Below are positions 1 to 11,470 of a DNA stretch of 64,000 nucleotides, piece after piece (the stretch's first letter is position 1; every line of letters starts with the position of its first letter). This DNA comes from Takakia lepidozioides (Eukaryota > Plantae > Bryophyta): NCBI GenBank assembly GCA_030704615.1, contig CM060731.1, positions 48,050,001 to 48,114,000 on the forward strand, given 5' to 3'. The notes under the pieces were generated by a model. It made no database searches and had not been told where the DNA came from. It saw nothing but the letters and a program-made list of their open reading frames with translations. The translations under genes and the position numbers were made by a program.

Positions 1-62
1 TTAGGAATTGAACGGCAGAATTGTTTTGTATGATTTTATAAAGAGCTATTTTTTACGATTGC

Positions 63-1278
63 ATGTATAAAAAACGTATACATCCAAATATTCCTCTTCA
101 CTTATTCCTAACTGGTGGAGTGCGCACTGGAAAAACTTTTACTTTACTTCTCATTAACCAAGGTTTGCTTCAATTTTACAATAAACATCCACAAGTGGAT
201 CCTTTAAGAAAAAAAAACTATTTTGATGGCATATACAGGAAAAGCCGCGTTTAATATTGATGGTACCACTATACATTCTGGACTTAATATCCCTCTCAAT
301 TATAAAGAGCTACCATCTCTGGGCTCAGAAAAAATAGATTCAATGTGTAAACCATTTGATCAAGTTCAACTTATGGTGCTAGATGAAATATCTCTTGTTG
401 GAAGTAGAATTCTTGCTTTTGCATATCAACGGTTGAAATCAGTAAAACGAATTCATAATCATTTTTTTGGTAATTTGGACATCATTATTTGTGGCGATTT
501 CTATCAAGCACCGCCTATACGTGACACATGGGTTTTCAAAAAACTAAATACCGGTTCAAATGCTCTAGGGCCTAATTTTTGGCATGACTGCATAAAAATG
601 CTACAAATTGCAGAAGGTGATGCGACAATCAAACCACCAATTCATAGATATATTGAACAACTGCGAACAGCAACTCAAACCCAAGATGATCTTAATGTTC
701 TTAATCAAGAATGTTACCGTTAATGCCCCTCCAATGATCCCACATTTCCACATTTATACTATACAAACAAAGCTATGTTAATTCATAATCAACATGCATT
801 TCAAGAAACCCCTGGGTGTATATACATATTCAAAGCAATTGATAAACATCACGATACATGTCCATTTTTATTTTATTTTTTGGATTAACAGGGCTATTTT
901 TAAATTGCAAGATAATACATCTAATACTGCAGGATTACATACAACAATTTATGTAAAAAACGAAATGTTAGTAGAATTATGTGCTGGAAACTATGCAACA
1001 CGATGGCCTTGTAAATGGAGCATATGGTATATTTAAACATGCTTCAATTTTATCAAATTCAATATCTTTAACATGGATACAGTTTAACAATACAAAAATA
1101 GGTTTAGAAACACGTACAAAAAATGAGCACTTGTACAACAGTGGAATAGATCCATTATGGACTCCCATAGAACCTATCTAAAAAGAAATTCAAATAGGTC
1201 CTAATACGTCTCATTTTATTACCAGAACACAATTTCCCTTTCAATTAGCTGCAGCTCGAACAATTCATCGTTCGCAGA
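63..1278 (+). mobile_element. Helitron-type PIF1 (SF1B) helicase remnant, frameshifted and truncated
   Basis: Helicase motifs occur in order across frameshifted ORFs: Walker A FLTGGVRTGKT, AYTGKAAFNIDGTTIHS, Walker B LDEISLVG, FFGNLDIIICGDFYQAPP, DGLVNGAYG, and QFPFQLAAARTIHRSQ (about 1229-1278). The region is AT-rich and breaks off after RSQ. Confidence 0.88.
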
Positions 1279-1777
1279 GCAGGCAATCATGATTAACAAT
1301 TGAGAACAAGCAAAATGTGATACCATCCTATAACTACATTACCACGAACCCACTTTCCAATGAAGCCATGGTATTATAAAGTTGCGTGAGGACACAAAAT
1401 GTGTCACACTCGCGGCTCGCCACGTCACCACAATAAAGATAAAATAAAAATAAAGTTTCCATTTCAATCATTACAACTACCCCCCGAAACTTGGGCACTA
1501 TCATCAACAAAAACCCGAGCTCCGAGGTGCATGTTGGGCTTCTGAGCAGGCCAACAAGCAGTTGGGGGAGACATCGTGACACTCTGCTACGAGCAATAGC
1601 CTCCGCGTAGTCGGGGAGGGCTGCACCACAAGTTACTCTGAAGAACAGAGACGTCATGCAAAGGAATAGCTTCCAATATCCTGCACCCAAATTACATGTA
1701 TTGCATTAGCTAATGTGAAAGACATAGGGGGGGGGGGGCACATGCTATAACTAGGAGGCGAACACCAAATGAACTTA

Positions 1778-2247
1778 CTCACATGTGAAATCGTCTCCGA
1801 GGTCATTGTCGTCTCCCTCATTGATATCGACATGAAATACAGCCTCCTGCTCTTTGGCGGCAGACATTGGCCCTTGCAACTCTTGGAGGCTCAGTAAAAA
1901 TGGTTGCATCCCATTCCATACCCAACAAATGCCGGCCCGCTGCCTTGCAAGCATGGTATGAAGCTCCTGCAAGACACAATTGTGTTACTAAGATGTTACA
2001 AATTGTGTATTAAGGGAAACAAAGACCACAGAAGAAGAGATGTCAAACCTATTCCAAGAGTCAGATCGACAATGCACGCCCCCGGATGGGAACATGTCTC
2101 ATTAACAGTTTGAATAAAAGCTGGACTCTTCTCCTTGGCCCCTCTCCATGGTGTTCCATTCGACTTTCTCAAACAAACATTCGAATCCACGTAATCCACA
2201 TAACAGACAGGCAGCAAACATGAACTACCCTCCAAAATTAGAAGCAT
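1778..2247 (-). pseudogene. C-terminal remnant of a beta-class N4-cytosine/N6-adenine DNA methyltransferase (N6_N4_Mtase-like), two exons
   Basis: Exon to 2049 reads NGTPWRGAKEKSPAFIQTVNETCSHPGACIVDLTLGI-G. An 82-bp GT..AG phase-1 intron spans 2048-1967. The exon from 1966 reads ASYHACKAAGRHLLGMEWDATIF. Together these match the motif X / SAM-binding motif I / motif II pattern KPxxL..SxPGDxVLDPFxGSGxTxxAAxxxGRxxxGxE. The catalytic (D/S)PPY half is not seen, and an apparent frameshift near 1890 leads into an acidic tail. Confidence 0.7.
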
Positions 2248-2276
2248 GGCTTAAGGGGGACGAACCACATCTACAT

Positions 2277-2333
2277 TTGTGGCCCTCTGAAACTGTATGT
2301 GTCAACGCACTCAATTTTGGAGGGCCACAAGTG

Positions 2334-2373
<40 letters not shown>

Positions 2374-3383
2374 TGCCTAAGAACTGAGTGCGTCAACGCA
2401 CCCAATTTCTTCACTCATAAAAGAGCTCCGTAAACGCATTCAATTTTTGAAGTTTGAAAGATGTCTCTCACTGCTCAGACTTCCCGAACCTTTCTTCATA
2501 GATTAGGGAAAGCAGAGACCGAAAGATGAGAGAAGGGCATTGATAGAACCCTCAGAAATTGCGTGCGTCAACGCACTCAATTTTGAGGGGGTTCTCTTTC
2601 TCCCCTTCATTCACCTCCCTTGATAATACAGTGAGAGAAGTGCAAGGTGTGATAGTGTGAGAACACGCAATTTTTGGGGATGCTCGCATTGCCTTTCTCT
2701 CATCCTTCTTTCTCTGCGGTTTAGGAAATGAGCTTTAATTCCAGCCCATAAGACCAACCAGATTAAGGTGTCGTCAACGACACCTTAATTCCCAGCCCCT
2801 GTTGGAACATGACAATTCACCCCAAAAACAAAACAAACAATAAAAACTAAATAAAAACCTTGGCGAGGAGCCATGTTCGTAGAGGGAAACAGGCTTGGCA
2901 TTAAGGTGGCGTCAACGCCACCTTAATTCCCAGCCCCTGTTAGAGCTTAATTCCAGCCCAAAAGACCAACCAGATTAAGGTGTTGTCAACGACACCTTAA
3001 TTCCCAGCCCTTGTTGGAATATGACAATTCACCCCAAAAACAAAACAAAAAACAAACAAAATAAAAGCCTTGGCGAGCAACCATGTTCGTAGAGGGAAAC
3101 AGGCTCGGCATTAAGGTGGCGTCAACGCCACCTTAATTCCCAGCCCGTGTTAGAGCTTAATTCCAGCCCAGAAGACCAACCAGATTAAGATGGCATTAAT
3201 CTGGCACATTCGGAAAATAAAATAAAATAATATAATATTTTTTTTTAATTTTTTTTTTTCTCGAATGTGCCAGATTAAGGTGTCAACGCCACCTTAATTC
3301 CCAGCCCCTGTTGGAGCTTAATTCCAGCCCGGAAGACCAGCCAGATTAAGGTGGCGTCAAGGTGGCGTCCACGCCACCTTAAT
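2277..3383. repeat. Array of about 9 imperfect palindromes centred on GT-CA-AC, partly within about 211-bp tandem units
   Basis: Class 1 hairpins lie at 2277-2330, about 2379-2411 and 2545-2595. Class 2 (ATTAAGGTGKCGT-CA-ACGMCACCTTAAT) lies at 2762, 2900, 2974, 3110, about 3274 and about 3345. Tandem units are about 2737-2947 and 2948-3157. Confidence 0.9.
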
Positions 3384-3876
3384 CTGGCACATTCGTCTCC
3401 TCTCATCTCCCCCTCCTGTGGTCTGCGACATAGGTGGTTTTGTGTAGAGCAAGGTTAGTATCTTTATAGACAATTCTGCATCAGTTTTGGGCTCAAAATC
3501 AGATAACAATGGAAGTGCTTTTTCGGAATGACTCATTTGTTTTAAGACAGACATTTATGAAGCACCATTTTCCCTGCCTTGCATGTTTGAAGATGTGTTT
3601 TCGGGCTTCTTTTAGCGGTTCCCGGTCTAAATTCGTCGTTTTCATTCATCCACTATCTTTCTCATCCATCTTTTTTCATCGCACATTCATCCATCATTCA
3701 TCCACTCCTTTCATCCAACTCCTTTTCAAAACACACTCAAACATCAATCAACCACTCCACAATGTTGCTACTAATCCGCAAGCTCACTCTTAAAAAAAAA
3801 ATGCTCCCTTTTCGACGCTTGAAGCCCACAGTAATAGGGCTTCCAGCAGGTACAAGTCCGCGGTAATAGGGTGAAA

Positions 3877-3922
3877 ATTGTGAGCAGAATCCTGCGTACA
3901 GTTTTTTCTGCTCACAATCTAG
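3877..3922 (+). mobile_element. Candidate Helitron 3' terminus (hairpin followed by CTAG)
   Basis: 13-bp stem ATTGTGAGCAGAA (3877-3889) pairs with TTCTGCTCACAAT (3906-3918), followed by CTAG at 3919-3922. TTCATCC-rich repeats precede it (about 3640-3720). The spacing and the following base (C rather than T) are non-canonical. Confidence 0.4.
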
Positions 3923-4199
3923 CACACCCTTGCACAAAGAGAGTTATGAAGAAAACGACCTGGCATGAAATTGCATCTTTTTGATGATTTGTACGAGTCT
4001 CCCATTAATTTAACTATTACTACACTTGTACATGTTTCAATACAGTGGTGATCATCACCAAGCTGACTGAATCAAAATGGCGAAGCACCATAAACTAATT
4101 TATGAAGAATTAACCTTGAAGGATGGTACATATCGTCGGCACATAGTGTGTATGAAACTCATATGAAACTGGCAGTGGGTGTTTTACCCGTCGCCAAAT

Positions 4200-4860
4200 G
4201 TTCAGAAGCCAAGTGTACGATTCAGAAAAAAATAAGTGCACAACCGCGAGGACGTTGATCTCATAAGAGAAGACGAGAGAGTTTTGTCAACAAAGCTCAA
4301 AGGAACCCGACCCTTGAGCGTCTTAGGGCAGCTTTCCGGTAGAGAATTGGCAGGCTGACCACGGCAATACACTTCCATCCACGAGGAACTACTTGGAGAA
4401 AAGCAATCGATGACACAGAGAATTGCGATGCTTCTTGCAGTGCATGGCGTCGTTGAGCAACGATACTGCCGATTTGCGGCTCCTGCTGGATCATGGGGTG
4501 ATCGACAACAAGGTGGGGAACAACGTGTTGGGGATGTGGGAGCGCATCTTGAGGGGAGTGAATACATCGTCGTCTTTAGAGTCATGGCTGCTGTCTTACC
4601 AGGACATCCACAACCATCGCAAGAGTCGGGTGAAGCGGTGGTGTCGTGAGGTGTGGGTGCTGTTCTTCTCCAAGCCGTGGACGTTTATGGGGTTGTTGGG
4701 TGCGTGTGCAATATTGTTTCTCATTGCTGTCCAGACGTGGTTTACGGTGGTCAATCCGTCAAATAGAAGTTGGCGTTGGCCGAGTGGCACCTATGTCAAG
4801 CTCGGAATCGAACTAGAAGTTAAAAAACTAGAACCCAGTGGCCGGGGAAAAAGCTCTTAA
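4200..4860 (+). pseudogene. DUF247 (UPF0481) family C-terminal fragment
   Basis: CFLQCMASLSNDTADLRLLLDHGVIDNKVG ... HRKSRVKRWCREVWVLFFSKPWTFMGLLGACAILFLIAVQTWFTV resembles the DUF247 C-terminus with its terminal TM helix. The upstream part is disrupted. Confidence 0.75.
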
Positions 4861-4954
4861 TTTAGTAAAAATTTACAGTTATTATAGGTTACATCTTAAT
4901 ATATATTTATTTAAGATTTTTTTTATTAAAAAAATTGAATTATTACTTTTAATT

Positions 4955-5547
4955 TTTTTTAAAGTAGTCATTTATTTGGTATATTCCAAGATTATCACTT
5001 ATTCCAAAAGTAACCAAAAACACAAAAATAATAATTTACTTAACCACTAAGAAGTTTTACTTTTACCTATAAATGATCCACCAATCATAAAGGCTTATGC
5101 ATGGTTCTACTTTTGTTTAAAATTATCAACCAAGGCTTAACCAAAGTTGTACTTGTGTTAAAAAATTCTCTTGATTTGTCTTATGTTTGAAAGCCTTGTG
5201 ATTTTTTTATTTTTTATGTTTTTTCGTATGTTTGCGCAAGTTTCATCTAACAATTCCACATGGAAACACCCTCCTCTCCTCATCCATCATTCATTTGCTT
5301 TCTTTCCATCCAATGAATCTATTGGCTACTTCGTATTGGTTGATATTTTTTAACTCAAGTATAACTTTGGTTAAGTCTTGGTTGATAATTTTAAACAAAA
5401 GTAGAACCATGCGTAAGCCTTTATGATTGGTTGATCATAGGTAAAAGTAAAACTTCTTAGTGGCTAAGTACGTTACTATTGTATTTTTGGTTACTTTTGG
5501 AATAAATGATAATCTTGGAATATACCAAATGGATTGTTACTTTAAAA
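4955..5547. mobile_element. AT-rich fold-back / MITE-like element with about 210-bp inverted arms
   Basis: About 4955-5170 is the approximate reverse complement of about 5341-5547 (e.g. ATGGTTCTACTTTTGTTTAAAATTATCAACCAAG vs CTTGGTTGATAATTTTAAACAAAAGTAGAACCAT), with a spacer of about 170 bp. Confidence 0.8.
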
Positions 5548-5714
5548 GTATATATACTAACACTCTCTTACACAAAAGATCAATTAACACTCTGATATTT
5601 ACACTTGTTATTTAATTTTGCAAAGCATTGTGTTCCTATCATACTTTACACTGGTATTTTGTTCTCATAGGTTGATGCAGACATACATAGACATCCTTAG
5701 ATTTTGCATACAAG

Positions 5715-6810
5715 ATGAATAGCACCTCGGAGCAGTTGAACCATTTGAGCCTCCATGATCATGTTGAATCAGATTTAGAAGGTGACAAGGAGACGACTGA
5801 TGACAATCATGTATTGCTAGGTTTCTTAGATTCCATTGAAGATACAGAAAAGAAGGTTGCGGAGGGGCACCTTCTTATGAGCAAGGTTGGTGGGCATCCC
5901 AATTGGTTGGAACAATGTGAATAATTCCACATGGTCATCTTCAAGTTTTGTTTGTGAGATTTGTCATGGTGCACTTCAGTTCCTTACGCAAGTATCTGAT
6001 GATATGCTTGAACAAGAACCTGCATCTCATGTGTATTGCACTCTACTTGTGTTCATATGTCCAAACATGAGATGCTTACAACAAGACCAACAGGAGCAGT
6101 ACAAGCAGTTGGAAGAAAAACCTTGTCGGAGCATTGAAGTGGTTCGGAATCAATTGTTGGATCCAACAAACTCTTCATCTAGTGGTATTGTGCACAAAGG
6201 CCTCCCAAGTGGCTTCAAGTCAGTAAGAGAGAAGAAATCATGGCCAGAAATGGAGCTTTTATTTGAGTGCGAATGGATAGAAAATGAAGTTGTCAACAAA
6301 GAGTTTGGTTTGAAATCAACAAGAGATAGGGTGCAAGAGCTTCTAGGAGATTATGTGCAAAAGGCTGTGAAAAAAGGCTGGTGAGGAGTTCACAGCCACG
6401 GACACGGAGGAAGTCCAAGAATCGTCTTTAGATGAAGAGATTTTGAGATAACAATTGCAAGCGCACCTGAACAAGTATTGAGGATCTCAAGCTCACCAGA
6501 GGCTAAGCCCTTGTGGGTTTCATCAAAGGGACAACCAAAGAACGCTCACATTCCTCCATGCCCTCATTGTGGCAAGTGCCGTGTGTTTGGGCTTCAGATC
6601 ATGCCCCAACTGCTTAGCTTTTTGGAACTTGACAATGGGTCGAATTCTCTGGATTGGGGGACAATTGTGGTGTATTCGTGTGAGGACTCTTGTGCGGTTG
6701 GTGTCAGTACTACAGGCTATGCAGAGGAGTTTGCTTGGGTGCACTTACATCCTTATCATTTTTTACCTCCTGGTCTTGAGTCGTCCTCACAACACTCCGT
6801 TCAAATATAA
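5715..6810 (+). pseudogene. PDCD2: Intronless, frameshifted PDCD2-like (programmed cell death 2) copy lacking the MYND finger
   Basis: Motifs VLLGF, SKVGGHPNWL, CEIC..LQFLTQV, LLVFICP..CLQQDQQEQYK and the PDCD2_C region IPPCPHCG..FGLQIMPQLL..LDWGTIVVYSCEDSC..YAEEFAWV are split over three ORFs with no introns between them. Confidence 0.85.
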
Positions 6811-9300
6811 AAAGCCTTTGTTCGAGCTAACTTTTGACATAATCAGTATGGAATGAAGGAGAGAGACATAATTATTCAAGTCTGCCGAAATGACGCCGTA
6901 GTGTGGATTCCCCATGGCGTGGGGTGCACTTGGCTTGACTTGTATTTGAGTGATGAGGTGTGGAGTGAGCCCCGTGATGTGGCATTGGCGCAAGGTGACG
7001 TGGCGTGAGCGCAGTTGCGCTCACGTGACCAGGCTCACGCCGAGGCATCCCTGCTCCCCAGCAACCGCCGCCAAGAAAGAATTGCCTCTTAAAAATGCTA
7101 GGGATGGTTCCATGAAAACCATCCCATCTGCCCCCCTGTAATTCATGGCATGGGCCCCTGACATATTAAATTACATTAATTCAAGGGTGCCAATCCGCGG
7201 GAATACACTCCACTTCTTCCTGGGCGCGGTGACGCGGTCTTCAAGTGTGCCCATTCCCAAATAGTGTGTTGGAACTACTCCTTAACTACAACCAAGTCTC
7301 GAAAACAATGGCATGCACTTGCCCAGTGTTCGAGGTTCTCAGGGGAGCAACTTTATGCTGTGTTTGGCCACGGCAAATCCCCCCTCAATGGAGGGGGAAG
7401 CGAGCCAGCCTCTTCTGTTTCCCCAGAGTTTGAAAATGAGGACGTTAACTGGAAACATGTGAGGGCCTCCACGAAAACAAGACTTGCCTTCATCAGATAG
7501 ATTACCACAAGCTCCGCATTTAAATGGCCGAAGCACTAGATCTCTGTTTACTTTGTCGTGCGTATACATATCGCTACACAACTACATCGCTGTCCAAAAC
7601 CACACAACATATGTGCACACCACACACTAGTATACTACTAGTCCACCACTAGTCCAGCCACTAGTCTACAACTAGTCAGTCACTAGGCTGCCACTATGCT
7701 GCCCACTATGACAGTCACTAACTAGTCCACACAATGATAAAAAAGAAGAATACAAGCACAAGCTCATGCGAGCTCACAAAGCTGAAGCATAAACTCATGC
7801 ATTGTGGAGAGGGATGAGACTGCACGACGCGTCTCACTGCGCCATGTTGCTCAGTTGGTGCAGCAGTACCCTGATTTGTTGCCACAAAATTTTATTGGGT
7901 TTCTTCCTTCTACGAACAACATTTCATTTTCTTTCTTGTTCTTCCTTTTCTTTCTCTTCCCTCATTGATTCAAAACGTGCAGAGCCTCTTTTAGCTGTTC
8001 TCCCTCACATTGTTTCCGAACATGCCGATAAGTGTCAGAGATCTTGTCGACTCCCTCTATTGGGCTTTGTTTGGAAGTGGTACGGTCCATGGTGCACGTG
8101 CCTGATTTTATCAGCTGTGCTGCTGCTGCTTCCAGTTGACCATCTACCATTGCTGGTTTCTTGTACCTCTTAATCCACAATGCCTCACTCTTGTGCTTGA
8201 AATCTGGTTGCCTTGGACTGGATCTGCACGCGCACTCTATCCCTGCCTCAACAACAATAATGCACAGATCCTGCGCTGAGAATGAAAACCAGCAAACACC
8301 CCATCCCTACTTACCAAACACTAGTTTCTATGCTGAATTGCTGACAAGATTTCAATAACATACCAGACGTTCACCATTTTGCCTGCATTGTCAGACGATT
8401 GATTCAGGTTTGAAAAATAGTCCTTCCAAAGCTTCTTCTCGTCTCTATTTTCGGGTTTTGGACGTTTGCCTGCAACCCCACTGGCAATAACATGTCAAAA
8501 CAATTCAGAACCACATAGATGCACTCCATGAGCTAACTTACTGATGAAAAAGCAGGGAAAAATCTAGTAAGAGGACAAGAGAGCCCAAATATGTTCTCAC
8601 CACGCTGTCCTTGACCTTCTGTCAAGGCAGCAGCTAGCTTTTCTTTCACCTAAGGCCTATATAATCCAAATCCAAAGAATGATTTTAACTATTTAAAAAC
8701 CTAAACTAGAGTGAAAGACAAAGGATTCAACCAACCCTCAATCCGAAGAATCTCTTGTGTTCACTGCTTATGTCTGTAGTCAGTTAGTTTGGGTTGGTCT
8801 GTGAGAACCACCAGGTGTAGCTGAGCGCCAGAGTTTTAATCTGAACTTCCTTAGCACAACCGTCAACCCTCCAAAATACCTTGCAAACTCAAGGGAAAAA
8901 ACCTTGAGCAAACCTTCTCTCATGCCCTGGTGTATAATACCGACAGTAAGAGCTCTGTTGCAGAGCAAACAGGGATTCTAATCAAACCCAACAACTAGGG
9001 GTACAATCCAGTCCACAAACTGTCAGAGCCAGTTCCTCCTCTCCTTCCTTGACAGACTTTTCCTCGACCCACATGACAATAGCGGACCTTGTCAATGCTG
9101 TAGTCCTACCGTTGTGAAGGGTCTCTAAAGAAGTCCTGCCAGCGCTGTTCCATGCTCCACCGTTGACCTACGTGCCAGATGTACGCAAAGCTTCAAGAGG
9201 GCAGAGATTATAGCCCTTGTCTGACCATCGTGTGTGCTTCTTCGGCCAAATTAGGTTAGTTTCTGGATAGGTCAACTCCACTTCCAAGTTTAAAGAATAG

Positions 9301-10850
9301 TCAGCAAATGTGCAGTGGTAGCATTCAACGACAGAGGAGAGGGAGGAAGTGATCTTAAGTGGCAGTGGAGTAGCCAAGAGATCCCGGTCCTCCCTTCCTA
9401 CACTTACCTGGGCGTTGAGTTCTCCTCCAATTGTAATTGGGATGCACATATCCGGAAAGTTGTTCAAAATGGCAAGGGCAAAAGCTCTGGGGCTCACTAA
9501 ATCTTTCCGCTGCAGAGGGGTCAACTCTGAGGTTAAGAAAACCATGCTTTGTCGTGTTATTAGACCTGCCTTGGAGTACGGATCTGCTATATGGGTTGAT
9601 AACTCCAACCGGGCTAAGTCTCTAGAATCCATTCAAGTGGGGGTGATTAAGGAGTGTATGTCAGCATGCTCCAAAACAGCCAATGTGGCTGTTCGGGGTG
9701 AGTTTGGCGTTCCGTCCTTAAGCTCCCGACAAGATGAATTCAAGGTCAGATGGTGGGGTCAGCTGCAACATATGCCCAACACCAGATATCCTAAGTTAAT
9801 CAACTCTATATCTTGGAATCGACTCTACCCCTGTTTACCAACTTTGAAAGTCTCGAGGCTGAGCCAAAAGCCCAGGCCCTCCTGAGGCCTAGTTTTTGGG
9901 CAAATCACACACAGCAGATTGATGCTTGTGTGAAGGGATTTCTAGAGGATATCTGGAAAACCCGGATTAATTCTATATATGGAGGTAAGTCTTACTACCA
10001 ACGTCAGCCCCTGACAGAGGTAGGTTCTGTCCCTTTTGTTCCCGCTCAAACTGGGCGCGGGGTCAATGGCCACAAGGCTACGGCAAACAACGTCTTATGA
10101 GTACAATCTATATCTTGGAAACAGGACCGCCCTGTCAAACAGGCCAAGTCCTGGCAGAAGAGAGTAGAAGAGATCCTCAAGGACCTGGACCTGGATCCGC
10201 AAGTCTTGACCCTGCTGGGTAAATCTGACTTAGAGGCTGTAGTGTCCTCAGCCATGTCTGTTGCCATGAGATTGTCTGATGAAAATGAAGTTAGGCAGAA
10301 AACTTCCCTGAACTTGTTTCCAGTCAGTGACATGGGGGAGGACATCTTGGATGACCTCAAGGGTCTACCCACTCTCGGCACTAGACTGAAATTTAAAGTC
10401 AGGGCAGGAAGCCTACCTTTGAACAGCAAACAGAAGCAGAGAGGAAAGGGAGAGTGCAATTGCCCGTTGTGTGGGCAATCTGAAGACAGTATTCATTTTC
10501 TGATACACTGTCCGGGGTTCTCTCACCAAAGAGACACTCTCTTCAAATCTATTAAGGCAATTGTGCCTGTACCCCTGTTTACCAACTTTGAAAGTCTCGA
10601 GGCTGAGCCAAAAGCCCAGGCCCTCCTGAGGCCTAGTTTTTGGGCTAATCACACACAGCAGATTGATGCTTGTGTGAAGGGATTTCTAGAGGATATCTGG
10701 AAAACCCGGATTAATTCTTTATATGGAGGTAAGTCTTACTACCAACGTCAGCCCCTGACAGAGGTAGGTTCTGTCCCTTTTGTTCCCGCTCAAACTGGGC
10801 GCGGGGTCAATGGCCACAAGGCTACGGCAAACAACGTCTTATGAGTACAA
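9301..10850 (+). mobile_element. 5'-truncated LINE family A (RTE-X-like) containing a nested family A 3' fragment (9819-10106)
   Basis: Encodes the RT thumb (YTYLGV) and C-terminal CCHC (CPLC..EDSIHFLIHCP). Outer TSD is TTTAAAGAATAG (9289-9300 / 10851-10862). Inner TSD is TCTATATCTTGGAA (9805-9818 / 10107-10120). Confidence 0.92.
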
Positions 10851-11470
10851 TTTAAAGAATAGAGGTGCCAATCTTTCCAGTTACTACCTTCAATTAGCAT
10901 CCCTGACAGCTTAGGAGGCGCCATAGCTACCACATGCTCTCGGTCCTTGGCACATTGCCAAGGTGGATCCTGCTTCCAGCTCCAGAGCCCAGAGTCTTAA
11001 TCTGTTACATGATGTGAGGCCTCTCGCATGACCGAGACGAGAAGACAGGGCCTTGGGTATGGAGTCCACATCCACACTCAGGAGAACGTCGGAGCAAGCT
11101 GCCATCCCCTCTCATGAGTGAGAGAGACGCAGAAAATATTCTCCGGTACAACCCACCCCGTCCCTTCGACCCGATGCGAGAAACAATGGCACCACTTTCT
11201 CAAGATGGGAAATGATCACCCAGCTTCATGGACCATGCATGGCTGTAAACCATCATTTGCTTCTCCATGTTGCTCTTACTTGCTTTCTTCTCCGCTCCAC
11301 ACATCACAAATGACTACCTAGCAAGTGCCCTCTCTAGCATTACGCATAAATAACATGCGTATTAAAACTGTAGGATGTATGCGTTGCTGGTGTAGTGTGC
11401 CAAGTGCCAACCCACTTTCGAATTTCGGTAAACTCTGACACAACACACTTCTTTCGTAGGTATTGCTTGT

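Noticed and set aside
2148-2387. ORF ending in poly-lysine
   Set aside because: It results from a genomic poly(A) run, and its 5' part is antisense to the MTase-like exon.
2737-3383. CRISPR-like array of 28-bp palindromic repeats
   Set aside because: The spacers are themselves repeated and irregular in length, there are no cas genes, and the context is eukaryotic.
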